Source: a virus
Taxonomy: Duplodnaviria > Heunggongvirae > Uroviricota > Caudoviricetes
Reading direction: 5' to 3' (one strand)
IMG/VR virus record: IMGVR_UViG_3300028584_001240
Length of the DNA stretch: 64,000 nt
In this document: one piece after another, positions 1-9,875 of the stretch
Position numbering within the stretch: the stretch's first letter is position 1
How the letters are laid out: every line of letters starts with the position of its first letter
The notes under the pieces: model-generated
The model's input: only the letters and a program-made list of their open reading frames with translations
The model's database searches: none
What the model was told of the DNA's origin: nothing
Made by a program: the position numbers and the translations under genes

Positions 1-198
1 TTTAGTCTAAATAAATTATGATAAACAAATCGCACAGTTGTGTGCGGGCTAAATAGACTAGACGGCGAAGCTTATGACAAGCAACAACATTATCGAAACG
101 ATAAAAAAAAAACCAAACAACTAATTTAATTTAATAACTTTAAATAAGTTGGCTTCTATTTGTCAAATTTAAAAACAATATTTAAAGGAGCTTAAATT

Positions 199-1155
199 AT
201 GTCAAAGATCGAAATTACGTCCAGTAATATAGATAAATTCGTCAAAAGATTTCATAAAGTTACGGATGCAAAAAACAATGGTAAGAAACTATCAGAAAGC
301 CAAGAAACCTTTGCAAAGTCATTAGGTTGCCATAACTATAATGAGTTAAAGACAATTCTGGAAAATGAACACATAGCTGTTAATGAACAAAAGGATGTAA
401 AATCAATAAATGAATTATATAAAGGTTGGGTAATCGACAATGCTGACAATCTAGACGCTAATAATTTTTTAATAGAATTAAATAACGTTGTTACATCTAA
501 ATCAAAAGAAATGTCTAAGGTCGAATTATTTTATAATCAATTACTAACCTTATTAAATCATCCAAAAAGTAAAATATCATCATGTTTATTCGAAAAGGAT
601 GGTTTTGAATATAGCCTTAAATTGACAACTTGCTATGGAGATGAATTTTCATACGGTTTTGGAAAAGATAGAAAATCACTGGATAATATATTACTTGATA
701 GAGGGTTTTCATTACTTGATACAAGTCTACTATCGTCCATTTTATCAAACTCAAATTTAACAAAACTAAACCTCAGTATCAGATTTGAAGCTATTGATTT
801 TGCCAACGACCTCTATCAATACTTATCAAAAAAAATGGGTGAACAAAAAATATATGTACTTAAATTTAATAAAGATGATAATATTAATAATAAATATATT
901 TTTAAAAATAATACATTATATAAACATGAATTAATATTTCTAAGTTTTTCAGATTATGAAAGAATTATAAAATCAACACAATCAATAGTAGAAGATAAAG
1001 AAAAATTTGAATTTTATGTTTTCAACAATTACAATGTTTTTGAATATCGAACAAATAATGGGCAAAATAAATTAGACTATTACAGGAACATAGGTAATAA
1101 TAAAAATATAATTGTTAGGAAAAAAGACATCAATTTAGATTTAAAACAAGAGTAA
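199..1155 (+). CDS. Hypothetical protein; N-terminal small helical domain resembling the Glyoxalase_8-type 'LS.SQE..A..LG..NY..L' module
   Basis: 318-aa ORF with AAGGAG SD. N-terminal KLSESQETFAKSLGCHNYNEL; family recognised by eye only. Confidence 0.6.
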   Translation: MSKIEITSSNIDKFVKRFHKVTDAKNNGKKLSESQETFAKSLGCHNYNELKTILENEHIAVNEQKDVKSINELYKGWVIDNADNLDANNFLIELNNVVTSKSKEMSKVELFYNQLLTLLNHPKSKISSCLFEKDGFEYSLKLTTCYGDEFSYGFGKDRKSLDNILLDRGFSLLDTSLLSSILSNSNLTKLNLSIRFEAIDFANDLYQYLSKKMGEQKIYVLKFNKDDNINNKYIFKNNTLYKHELIFLSFSDYERIIKSTQSIVEDKEKFEFYVFNNYNVFEYRTNNGQNKLDYYRNIGNNKNIIVRKKDINLDLKQE

Positions 1156-1178
1156 AAAAGGCCACTTCGGTGGCCTTT
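1154..1178. terminator. Bidirectional intrinsic terminator with C(UUCG)G loop
   Basis: AAAGGCCAC-TTCG-GTGGCCTTT between convergent genes. Confidence 0.85.
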
Positions 1179-1851
1179 AATATATCTTTATCAATGTTAA
1201 TTGAGCTAAATCTTTAAACCCTGTAAAGCCTAGATCTAAATCATTTAAATGGTAGGCTTCTAAAATAGTTTGATGAAGTTGCTTATAATCACCATCGTAA
1301 ACAAGTTGTCCATCAAAATAATTAAAATCATAAGTTTTTTCAAATGGGATAGCCTCAGATGTATCAAGCATTCGTATTTTAGTCCACATCATAGGTTTAT
1401 TATAACGAATAATAAAAATACCACCATCAATTTCTTTATCATCTGCAGACACTTTCAAAACTAATGAAACATCCAATATATCCAACAAATGACCATAAGT
1501 TCGTCTATTAGAACCATCAACAAAGTCATCAGTAACGACAGCGTTAAAGATCTCTTTATCTCTTGAAAAGGCTTCAAACTGTTTTTTTAAAGATGGTATT
1601 TTTAATGAAAATTCTTCATACTCAATAACATTATGAACGAAGCTAAAAAGTTTATCAAACTGAATGGTGCCATTCATCATTTGAGTGTCTACATTGATGT
1701 AAATTCTACCAAAACTGGATGTGATGAAAAAGGTCCACATATAACGTTCACGGCTCAAATAAGTCACATCATTATTATGAGCAATGCCATAATGTGCAAT
1801 AACTAATTTCACTCTATTAAAGAAATTGTTTAAATAACTAGGATATCCCAT
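1177..1851 (-). CDS. Hypothetical protein, paralog of 1870..2535; C-terminal-motif family (variant)
   Basis: Shares RTYGHLLD.LDVSLV, TYDFNY..G.LVYDGDYKQ and FKDLAQLTL with neighbour; ends LTLIKIY. Confidence 0.85.
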   Translation of the reverse strand: MGYPSYLNNFFNRVKLVIAHYGIAHNNDVTYLSRERYMWTFFITSSFGRIYINVDTQMMNGTIQFDKLFSFVHNVIEYEEFSLKIPSLKKQFEAFSRDKEIFNAVVTDDFVDGSNRRTYGHLLDILDVSLVLKVSADDKEIDGGIFIIRYNKPMMWTKIRMLDTSEAIPFEKTYDFNYFDGQLVYDGDYKQLHQTILEAYHLNDLDLGFTGFKDLAQLTLIKIY

Positions 1852-1869
1852 AGCAGTTACCTTTCATTG

Positions 1870-2535
1870 TTAATAGATCTTCATTAAAGTTAATTGAGCC
1901 AAGTCTTTAAAATTTTTAAATTTCAATTCTGAATCGTTTAAATTGTAGGCCGCACTGACTTCCTGATGAATTTGTTTATAGTCCCCATCATAAACAAGCT
2001 TGCCATTCACATAGTTAAAATCATACGTGTTTTCAAACTGAAGATAATAGACTTCATCCAGCATTAACATTTTACTACATGATTGAAGCGTATTATAACG
2101 AATAATAAAATTGTTTTCATTAATATCGACATCATCAATAGACACATTAAACACAAGTGAAACATCCAACAAGTCTAATAAATGGCCATAGGTTCTTTTC
2201 ATGGTGTAATCATTGTCGTGCTGAGTAACAAATGCATTGAAAATGTCTTTATCGGTTTCAAATGCTTGATAATATTGCTGCGACATAGGAAATTTTAGAT
2301 TAAATTCATCAACATTTATACTATGCTTACTCGATTGAAAGAGTGTATTAAATTCAATCTGCCCTTGAAAAGTATTAAGATCCACGGAAACAAAAACAAT
2401 ACCAGTGCTGGTTTGGATATAATACGTTGCGTTATCTCCTTTATTACGAAACTTTCCAATTTCATCATTGTAAGTAATTCCATAATGAGACAAGATTAAT
2501 TTTACTCGATTTAAGAAGTTATCTAATTGGCTCAT
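1870..2535 (-). CDS. Hypothetical protein, paralog of 1177..1851; C-terminal-motif family
   Basis: 221-aa ORF, ends LTLMKIY. Confidence 0.85.
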   Translation of the reverse strand: MSQLDNFLNRVKLILSHYGITYNDEIGKFRNKGDNATYYIQTSTGIVFVSVDLNTFQGQIEFNTLFQSSKHSINVDEFNLKFPMSQQYYQAFETDKDIFNAFVTQHDNDYTMKRTYGHLLDLLDVSLVFNVSIDDVDINENNFIIRYNTLQSCSKMLMLDEVYYLQFENTYDFNYVNGKLVYDGDYKQIHQEVSAAYNLNDSELKFKNFKDLAQLTLMKIY

Positions 2536-2536
2536 A

Positions 2537-3403
2537 TCAATAGCCCATCATATCAAAAATGTCTTTATAACGCTTATTAGGTAAGGCTTCTTCCGTATAT
2601 TCAGGATTAATGCTTCTGACCAGTGCCATTGAAAACTTAGCTACAAATTCGGATACATCTTTATATGCAGTAAATTCACTAAAATCAAAAATAAAATATT
2701 CATCACCCGCCTCATTGGGTTTAAATAACTCAGCATTATCTTTACCAGCGGTTACACTGACTTTGTAATATTTTTCGCCTTCACTTTCAATTAAAACAAC
2801 CGAAACATGACCACCCGATGATGGTTTGGTAACGGTATAATGCAACAACTTAAATTCATGTCCTGCTTTATCAAAGACAACTCCACAATTAGAAAAAATA
2901 GGGGGTGTCTTACGAGCATTAACCAATGTATTATCTGAACCAAAAATAGACTTATTATTCTTCATTGCGAAAACTAACTGCAGTAAACTTTTTTTATTGT
3001 TATTAAATGACGCCGTAACTTGTTGAGATTTAGTCAGAAAATTTTTCCAACGATCATTAAATGTCTTTTCAGGTTCAAAAGGATTAAATACATAACAGAA
3101 AATGAAATAGGTCATTTTAGAAAGATCGATAAAATCACTATGAAAGATATCGTAATCATTTTTATTAAGTGTTGCTAACATCTTATCGCTATTCACAATA
3201 GCACAGGTGTTATCTTTTGAATGGTTACCAATATCATTATCACCATACATTAAAGAACCTTTATCAAATGACATTGTTTTGATACTTGAAAAGACAGGCA
3301 GTTCATGGACGATACGTTTTAGCAACCAATATTTATCCTTATCCAGCATGGTCATGCCAAATACAATATTAGAATAAAGCTTTTTTAAAGGATTGCTGCT
3401 CAT
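2537..3403 (-). CDS. Hypothetical protein, paralog of 3465..4328; C-terminal-motif family
   Basis: Start moved to MSSNP (GGAG SD). Shares KYWL, LNKN..D.F..DF..LS.M.YF.FCY.F.PF and TPPI...GVVFD with neighbour; ends IFDMMGY. Confidence 0.85.
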   Translation of the reverse strand: MSSNPLKKLYSNIVFGMTMLDKDKYWLLKRIVHELPVFSSIKTMSFDKGSLMYGDNDIGNHSKDNTCAIVNSDKMLATLNKNDYDIFHSDFIDLSKMTYFIFCYVFNPFEPEKTFNDRWKNFLTKSQQVTASFNNNKKSLLQLVFAMKNNKSIFGSDNTLVNARKTPPIFSNCGVVFDKAGHEFKLLHYTVTKPSSGGHVSVVLIESEGEKYYKVSVTAGKDNAELFKPNEAGDEYFIFDFSEFTAYKDVSEFVAKFSMALVRSINPEYTEEALPNKRYKDIFDMMGY

Positions 3404-3428
3404 ATGAATCTCCAACAAAATATAGCTA

Positions 3429-3457
3429 AGTATACAGTATTTTAATAATATTTACAA
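3429..3457 (-). promoter_or_regulatory. sigma70-type promoter
   Basis: TTGTAA-N17-TATACT on minus strand upstream of 2537..3403. Confidence 0.6.
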
Positions 3458-3464
3458 TTGTTTT

Positions 3465-4328
3465 TTAATAGCAAGTCATGTCAAAAATAATTTTATCTCG
3501 AATGGTCGGATGTTTATCTTCTTTGTAGTCTGGATAAATACCTTTGACCATCATCATTGAAAAGTCTCCTATGAATTCAGTCACAACTTTATATCTAATA
3601 AATTCATCAAGGTTTAATTTTAAATAATCATAACCCATAACACTGTTTACAAGTTCACCCCTTGAAAATACATTAATTTTACTTAATTTATAATATTTTA
3701 CGCCATCTTTTTCTAGTAAAATAACTGAAACACGATCCATTGTGTTAGGTATTTTTACAATATATTCTAATAATTTACACTCCAAACCATTGGAATCAAA
3801 AACAACTCCAAATTCAGTTGAAATAGGTGGTGTCATGTTGCAATTTTCCAAGGTATTTGCAAACTCAGGGGGCGTAATATTATTGTTTAAATTAGTCAAT
3901 AAATCAACAGTTGCTTTAATTGTTTTCCCAAATGAAGTGATTTTATCATGTTTTAATGCATTAAAAAAGATCCGCCAACGCTCAATGTAATTAGCCTCAG
4001 CATTAAAAGGCATAAAGAGATAACAAAAAACAAAATAGGACATTTGTGACAATTCTAAAAAGTCATCATTAAAACAATCTGCATTATTCTTATTGAGCAT
4101 TGAGAGCATATTTGAATCTTTAATAATAGCAGTTTGATGGTCAACACTTATTTTACCAATATATTTTTCACCATAATATAAGTCACATGTGCTAGGTTTA
4201 AACTTTTTAAAGATTGAAAATGGAAGTGATTTTTTAGAAATACATTTTTCCAACCAATATTTATTATTAGACATTGAAATGATATTTAAAAATCTATAAT
4301 AAATATTGCTGAATAAATTTAAAATCAT
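3465..4328 (-). CDS. Hypothetical protein, paralog of 2537..3403; C-terminal-motif family
   Basis: 287-aa ORF, AAGGAG SD, ends IFDMTCY. Confidence 0.85.
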   Translation of the reverse strand: MILNLFSNIYYRFLNIISMSNNKYWLEKCISKKSLPFSIFKKFKPSTCDLYYGEKYIGKISVDHQTAIIKDSNMLSMLNKNNADCFNDDFLELSQMSYFVFCYLFMPFNAEANYIERWRIFFNALKHDKITSFGKTIKATVDLLTNLNNNITPPEFANTLENCNMTPPISTEFGVVFDSNGLECKLLEYIVKIPNTMDRVSVILLEKDGVKYYKLSKINVFSRGELVNSVMGYDYLKLNLDEFIRYKVVTEFIGDFSMMMVKGIYPDYKEDKHPTIRDKIIFDMTCY

Positions 4329-4397
4329 AAATACTCCTTTAAAGATGAACTATTATACAATATTTTAATAATTTTAACAACAAAAAAAGCAATGGAT

Positions 4398-4982
4398 TCA
4401 CATCCACTGCTTCTCTTTTTTACTGTTTTTCCACGAGTTTGGTTTACCTTTTCTGCTATAACCTTCGAAATAGTAATCATGTTCAATAGCATTCATCCTA
4501 CTTTTTCTAAGTTTTACATACCCTTCCATTCTATCAAAAACGTTTTGAATACGCTCCTGACGAACACCAGAACTATACTTCACTACCAGTGGTCTATTTT
4601 TTTGTTTTGCCCAAGAATTGCGAACACGTTCGGGCTTCTTAGCTTTCAACAAATCTCTTGATTGGCGATATTCATAAGCTAACTCATAAATGTCAACAGG
4701 CCCACCTGCAAACGTTTCTATTCTGAAATCACCTGTGCGGTAGACTGTCTCATATTGAAAGTGCGGTCGAAACTTATAATCTTCAGTCTCATCAAACCAC
4801 CCACCAACGTGAAACTTTTTCTCAGAATGGAAAATAGTGCCTTCTCCAATTTCAAACGTATTACAAAAGCGGTTTAGAAAGCTTCTTAAACCAAAGTCAT
4901 CAATGACTTTGAACAAACTTTTCTTTGATTCTTCATAGTAAATTTTACCATCGAAACCATAAATTTTGTAAGTATAAAACAT
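4398..4982 (-). CDS. Basic hypothetical protein with C-terminal SWK..K..KQW motif; distant relative of 21061..21672
   Basis: GGAGG SD; K/R-rich C-terminal half ending KPNSWKNSKKEKQWM. Confidence 0.8.
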   Translation of the reverse strand: MFYTYKIYGFDGKIYYEESKKSLFKVIDDFGLRSFLNRFCNTFEIGEGTIFHSEKKFHVGGWFDETEDYKFRPHFQYETVYRTGDFRIETFAGGPVDIYELAYEYRQSRDLLKAKKPERVRNSWAKQKNRPLVVKYSSGVRQERIQNVFDRMEGYVKLRKSRMNAIEHDYYFEGYSRKGKPNSWKNSKKEKQWM

Positions 4983-5000
4983 AGTAACCTCCGATATTAG

Positions 5001-5009
5001 TTAAAACAT
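5001..5009 (-). other. Minimal upstream ORF (Met-Phe-stop) with strong SD
   Basis: GGAGGT-N8-ATG TTT TAA ending 18 nt upstream of the 4398..4982 start. Confidence 0.4.
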
Positions 5010-5046
5010 CGAAAATTACCTCCATAAAACTTAGCGAATAAAAATA

Positions 5047-5283
5047 TCATTTTAGTATCCTTTGAATGGCTCTTAAATTTAATTTTGAATAAATATAAAT
5101 TACAGAGTAGAAGGTAATCATACCTACAATACAGCCAACTGTCAATGTAATATATTGATTATCTATACCATATAGATTCTCAATACCTTTCGATCTCAAA
5201 TAACGATCTGTGGCTAAAAATGTAAAAGTAGTTGCGGCTATCATCATTAATAACACACATAACGCTTTTGTTGATGAACTCAT
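5047..5283 (-). CDS. Small membrane protein (2 TM)
   Basis: 78 aa, two hydrophobic stretches, AGGAG SD, directly after the GNAT gene. Confidence 0.75.
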   Translation of the reverse strand: MSSSTKALCVLLMMIAATTFTFLATDRYLRSKGIENLYGIDNQYITLTVGCIVGMITFYSVIYIYSKLNLRAIQRILK

Positions 5284-5292
5284 TAATTTCTC

Positions 5293-6084
5293 CTATATTT
5301 CAACACTGTAATATTCAGCAATTTTAAAACGATGGCTGACAAAGCTACCAATAGTGGATGGTTGTCTAATTTTCAATAGTTGTTCAACCCTGTCATTCAT
5401 TGGACTACTATACATCAATGTATCAGCACTCTTAATCTTGGATAAATCAGCTATATGAAATTTTTCAACATTAATGTATGAGTTTTTATCAATCACATGA
5501 TAAATATCAGAAACTTCAGCATCAACAACAATATCTTTCTTATTTTTATTCGTTAAAATGATATAATCATCAAAATTAAGATTGTCTGCAGTGAATTCTT
5601 TCATTGTCCATTCAAAGAAATAAAGATCGACAGCTTTGATAGGAAACAAATGAAACAACCCAGTGACACGATTAATTAAACGGTTATCTTTTTTGTTGCT
5701 CATGTTGACAAAATACATCTTTTGAGACTTCTTGTAGAATTTAAAGAAATACTTCAACAACATTTTTTCCAAGATGTGTTTACCTCTAAAACTTTTCATA
5801 ATTTTAAAGTCACACAAATACCAAATATTTTCACCATTCAAATGACGAAGAACAGCACAACCCGCACCAATAACCTTGTTATCATCATCTTCAACAACCA
5901 TATAATGAACTTCGCCTAGTTGTTCGAAGAATGAAAAGTAATCATAGGCACCTTGATACCCATGTCGAATGTAAAAGGATTTATCACCTAATGGGTAAGT
6001 GAATTCATTCTCAAAGTTCTGTAATTGTTCACTGTATGAACATCTCACTTTCCAATCTTCTAGATCTAAGGTTTTAATTTTCAT
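5293..6084 (-). CDS. GNAT-family N-acyltransferase-like protein
   Basis: VIGAGCAVLR...WYLCDFKIMKSFRGKHI resembles the GNAT acyl-CoA-binding motif A. Confidence 0.7.
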   Translation of the reverse strand: MKIKTLDLEDWKVRCSYSEQLQNFENEFTYPLGDKSFYIRHGYQGAYDYFSFFEQLGEVHYMVVEDDDNKVIGAGCAVLRHLNGENIWYLCDFKIMKSFRGKHILEKMLLKYFFKFYKKSQKMYFVNMSNKKDNRLINRVTGLFHLFPIKAVDLYFFEWTMKEFTADNLNFDDYIILTNKNKKDIVVDAEVSDIYHVIDKNSYINVEKFHIADLSKIKSADTLMYSSPMNDRVEQLLKIRQPSTIGSFVSHRFKIAEYYSVEI

Positions 6085-6096
6085 GATTCACTCCGA

Positions 6097-7641
6097 TTAA
6101 CGATTCACACCCACAGCGACTTCTGAATAAAACCATGTGACATCATTATCTGATTTCACCTTAAATCCACAATCAACCAACAAGTTTTTAAGATTGTAAT
6201 CACCCAACAATTTTCGACAAACAATCACACCATCATCAGCCAAACGGCCTTTAACATCCAGAATGACTTTCTTGTAGTCTTCCAAACTCATCCAGTCACC
6301 AATATTGGAAATGGACACGACTTTGTATTTTTTGTTAACATCTAATGCCTCAAAATCACCATGAATATATTGAATAGCATGTTTAAAGTGGTTAGCTTTC
6401 AACGCGGATTGAGTATTATGACTAGGATGAATATCAATACCATCAATAATGTTCTCAATGTTTCTACGAGTAATCGCACTTTCAATTTTACTTTCACACG
6501 CTTTAACAAAGACATTATAAAAGTGTTCAGCAAAACTTTCTGATGAATATTTAGTCGCCCTGTCACTGAATACATGTGCTAAGTTCTCATTTGAAAACAA
6601 CTCATTCACAATATATTTAAGTTTTTGACGGGCTACTGGTGATTCTTTGATGTAATCACTCAACAAACTATTCCCATGATAATTAAACGATGTTCTAATT
6701 TTCAGGAACACTTGTTCAAATTTACCACTAAAATTTTCTTCCTTGTTGTAATAACGGGAATCCGCCAACAATTCAAGGATTTTATATTTACAAAGATTAA
6801 TCTGATTGATGTTCATATCCACCGCATCAATTTGCAAATGGCATGGAAGGCCCAACATATCAATGATGGTTTCACCACCTGATGCAATCATAAGGATATT
6901 GTTTTCACCATTTTTCTTGCAGGTATCATTAATAGCCTTAATTTCAGGTGAGCTGTCTTCTCGGGTATAGTAAAATGAAATACCTTCTTCATTAACTTTT
7001 TTCATTTCATGTGCCGTTGCAATCACCATATGATTGTAAAGATCCAAAAATTCATCCTGCCCAACGTTGAAAGCTTCTTTTACAATATCTTCATCTTGTT
7101 CCAAGTGTACACCCACACTCAACAACTCGTCACCATGAATCCAATCCAGTTCAGAGTGGACCGCATAATGCGATTGTTCAGCGACCAAATCCAATGTCTT
7201 TACATGATCGGCAATGGTTTTACTGATAGGAGCATAAGCATACTCAATACCAGCCAAATAAGCCGCATAAGCACCAGCAGACATATCTTTACTCAAGACT
7301 TTTGAGATCCACTCTTGAATCCAAGGATTTTGGTGAAATTCACCATCCCAACCAAGAGCTGTTAGAAATTCTTTAAAGGTGGTGGTATGAAAGTGGGTCT
7401 TATTGCCATGTCCATGTTCTTCCCATAGATTTTCAACAACAAGCAAACGGTCTTCACTGATTTCAATCTGGCTAACTAATTTAGCAAGAAAACGTGGGAA
7501 TGCTTGGACAGCAAAGAAGAAAGGGATCTGAGAGCGTAGGTATTCAGCTTGGTTAGATTCTTCAATGAATGTATGATAACGATGTAGTGTCCAACCATTG
7601 TTGATTGTGGCATCAATTGCCCAGTTTTTAAATTTGCTCAT
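6097..7641 (-). CDS. Fusion: heme-oxygenase-like diiron (CADD/PqqC/TenA-fold) domain + DUF3419/BtaA-like SAM-dependent transferase
   Basis: Start moved to MSKFK (GGAG SD). ENLWEEHG..H, GIE and VHSELDWIH match the HDO iron-ligand pattern; YTREDS, ILMIASGG, IDAVDMN.NQ..L.KYK and ISNIGDWM match BtaA/DUF3419. Confidence 0.8.
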   Translation of the reverse strand: MSKFKNWAIDATINNGWTLHRYHTFIEESNQAEYLRSQIPFFFAVQAFPRFLAKLVSQIEISEDRLLVVENLWEEHGHGNKTHFHTTTFKEFLTALGWDGEFHQNPWIQEWISKVLSKDMSAGAYAAYLAGIEYAYAPISKTIADHVKTLDLVAEQSHYAVHSELDWIHGDELLSVGVHLEQDEDIVKEAFNVGQDEFLDLYNHMVIATAHEMKKVNEEGISFYYTREDSSPEIKAINDTCKKNGENNILMIASGGETIIDMLGLPCHLQIDAVDMNINQINLCKYKILELLADSRYYNKEENFSGKFEQVFLKIRTSFNYHGNSLLSDYIKESPVARQKLKYIVNELFSNENLAHVFSDRATKYSSESFAEHFYNVFVKACESKIESAITRRNIENIIDGIDIHPSHNTQSALKANHFKHAIQYIHGDFEALDVNKKYKVVSISNIGDWMSLEDYKKVILDVKGRLADDGVIVCRKLLGDYNLKNLLVDCGFKVKSDNDVTWFYSEVAVGVNR

Positions 7642-7666
7642 TTTAGCTCCATAAAGTAATTCAAAG

Positions 7667-7695
7667 AGTATATCATTTAAATCAGATATTATCAA
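7667..7695 (-). promoter_or_regulatory. sigma70-type promoter of the HDO-DUF3419/GNAT operon
   Basis: TTGATA-N17-TATACT with TGn extension. Confidence 0.65.
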
Positions 7696-7705
7696 TAAAT
7701 AATAG

Positions 7706-7727
7706 AAAAAAGTGGCCGAAGCCACTT
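7706..7727 (-). terminator. Intrinsic terminator after NADAR
   Basis: AAGTGGC-TTCG-GCCACTTTTTT on minus strand. Confidence 0.8.
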
Positions 7728-7737
7728 CTTTAATTAT

Positions 7738-8226
7738 TTAAGGTTGTTCTCGCAAGAGACGACGAACTTCCATCAGAACACGACCTAGCAAATTCAGCCC
7801 AAGCCATTTCTCTGGATTAGTGGCATCAGGATGGTTCTCATCCATACCGATACCCCAAATAGTATCATAGGGTGAAGCTTCAACCAGCACCAAGTCATCA
7901 GTAGCCAGCAACTGATCTTTCAAGTGTGTATTTTGAAGAAACTTTTGAAGGCAACCTTTTACCATAATAGCAAAACATTCTTGTTCCCATACTTCGGATA
8001 CGAAGCCTTTAACTTTTCGACCTAACGCCTTTTGATTACGTGGAATAGGTTCGGCCAACACCTCTTTTGCAATAGCTGTATCACCAAAGAGCATAGCTTT
8101 CGCATACATCATCCATTGTTCAGCACAATTGAATCGAACACCATCAATGGTAAAGGGCGATAGATGCCAGTTTGACATATAGTCTTTGGTCGTCCAGAAG
8201 AATGCAAAGCCGCTTTTAATTTTCAT
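7738..8226 (-). CDS. NADAR (YbiA-like) family protein
   Basis: SNWHLSPF, AEQWMMYAKAMLFGD, KALGRKV, KFLQN, LVEASPYDTIWGIG and GLNLLGRVLMEVR are canonical NADAR motifs. Confidence 0.93.
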   Translation of the reverse strand: MKIKSGFAFFWTTKDYMSNWHLSPFTIDGVRFNCAEQWMMYAKAMLFGDTAIAKEVLAEPIPRNQKALGRKVKGFVSEVWEQECFAIMVKGCLQKFLQNTHLKDQLLATDDLVLVEASPYDTIWGIGMDENHPDATNPEKWLGLNLLGRVLMEVRRLLREQP

Positions 8227-8285
8227 TTTTTTCAAGCCTCATAAAATATAATAGGCGAGAATGATACCACAATCACAGTGTGTTA

Positions 8286-8783
8286 TCAAGATTTAAATTG
8301 AAAACCACCTACAATAGACTTAGACATAAGCTCAGAAAAAGCAGATTCTTCATCGGATAAAGAAGAACGTAGTGATAGTGTATAAACAACGTAAGCTGAT
8401 GCGTCACCACGAATAAAGTAGCCATGCTGTCCGTTGACAGTCACAAACCCAGTTTCAACACGGTTCATTGATTTGTTTTCAAATTGAATGTCGATGTCAT
8501 TTAGTTCTTGAACATCATGCGTTATTTCATCAACTATAATGATATTATCATACAGAGGGTCATTAATCTGGGAGACTAGATTATTATAGAAAGAATTAAT
8601 ATACATCTTTGAAAAACTATCGGCATCCAATACATTTTCTGGTTTAATTGCTTCAGCAGGTTTGATATTTTTCTTGATATAACTGATAGTTAAGAATGTT
8701 CCCGGCCAATCATTTTCACCAAATTGAACAGGCCCACTTTTAAGAGCAACATCACCAGCGACTGAAATAACGGTTGTTTTCAT
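8286..8783 (-). CDS. Hypothetical protein, possible internal duplication
   Basis: Start MKTTV (GAGGA SD); SGPVQFGENDWPGTFL versus RVETGFVTVNGQHGYFIRGD. Confidence 0.75.
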   Translation of the reverse strand: MKTTVISVAGDVALKSGPVQFGENDWPGTFLTISYIKKNIKPAEAIKPENVLDADSFSKMYINSFYNNLVSQINDPLYDNIIIVDEITHDVQELNDIDIQFENKSMNRVETGFVTVNGQHGYFIRGDASAYVVYTLSLRSSLSDEESAFSELMSKSIVGGFQFKS

Positions 8784-8849
8784 GGTATAATCCTCATAGT
8801 CGCAATAATATACCATTATTTGTAAAGATGTTCAACAAATAATACTGAA

Positions 8850-9203
8850 TTAAACTTTATATTTGATACAGATATTGGACGATAATGTAGTTGCAGTGTC
8901 TTTCTTAAATTCCATAAAAGCAATAGTCGTAATACGCTCAGTAATCACAATAGACAAATTGGTACCAATCTCTCTGGTACCTGTCAAACAGGAATAACTC
9001 ACTTTAATTTTTTGACCATCATTAGTAAGAACATTAGCAACATCAACTTTAACACCTTTAACTTTCATGGTGCTAAAACCTGTAAGTTTTCCATCTTTCT
9101 CGATAGATGTAATGGTTTTATTGTAACCTAGCAAAAGAACTAGCATAGCAACAATGACTATAAGGTATGAAGATATTATAGCAATTGATTTGAAACTTTT
9201 CAT
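8850..9203 (-). CDS. Membrane-anchored hypothetical protein
   Basis: N-terminal TM helix; GGGAG SD before MKSFK. Confidence 0.75.
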   Translation of the reverse strand: MKSFKSIAIISSYLIVIVAMLVLLLGYNKTITSIEKDGKLTGFSTMKVKGVKVDVANVLTNDGQKIKVSYSCLTGTREIGTNLSIVITERITTIAFMEFKKDTATTLSSNICIKYKV

Positions 9204-9378
9204 GTAGACTCCCATTTAATTTAAGCTAACTATTATAACTATACGACAATAAGTCATAATAACAAGATTAAACGAAAATAATGTTTCAAAAAGTAACATG
9301 AAAAGTCGTTAAGATAAAGAAAATTTGAAATAAATATGGATTTATGTTATAATCATCACTCAATCAAGAGGTTTACTT

Positions 9379-9825
9379 ATGCTCACATTAAAAAAAGTTG
9401 AACATCCAAAAAATAAATTTTGCATTCAATATAAGACATGTCACACCGATATACATGAACATGATGTTTGGATGACTTTACCACCTTATATTCTAAGTGG
9501 TGTTGAAACTCTTGATGATCTTAGTAGTTTTCTCGAATGTTTTAAAGTTGTCAAAGATGAAATCACCAAATCAAGAACTGGCTACGGCTATCCCGGTAAT
9601 GATATTGATTTTGAAACACTGGCTGAGAATGTTGGCTGTGAGAAAATGGAATGGTACCAAAATGATGGTGTCATGGTTATTAAAGATGGAAAAGAGTTCT
9701 TTATTGATGTAGGCACAGATTTGGGAATGCCAACAGAAGATGGTCGTTTCATGTGTGGCATTGATATTAAACTGATCACTTATTTCGATAACAATGGTAT
9801 TGAATATATTGTAGAAGAAAACTAA
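9379..9825 (+). CDS. Hypothetical protein
   Basis: 148-aa ORF, GAGG SD, upstream TATAAT, downstream terminator. Confidence 0.8.
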   Translation: MLTLKKVEHPKNKFCIQYKTCHTDIHEHDVWMTLPPYILSGVETLDDLSSFLECFKVVKDEITKSRTGYGYPGNDIDFETLAENVGCEKMEWYQNDGVMVIKDGKEFFIDVGTDLGMPTEDGRFMCGIDIKLITYFDNNGIEYIVEEN

Positions 9826-9837
9826 TCGCAGATGTAG

Positions 9838-9863
9838 AAAAAGAGGCATCTGCCTCTTTTTTT
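9838..9863. terminator. Bidirectional intrinsic terminator
   Basis: AAAAAGAGGCA-TC-TGCCTCTTTTT between convergent genes. Confidence 0.8.
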
Positions 9864-9875
9864 ATAATTTTTATA

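Noticed and set aside
7642-7725. ORF-track extension of the HDO fusion (MASATFF...)
   Set aside because: Spans a terminator and promoter; the SD supports the ATG at 7641.
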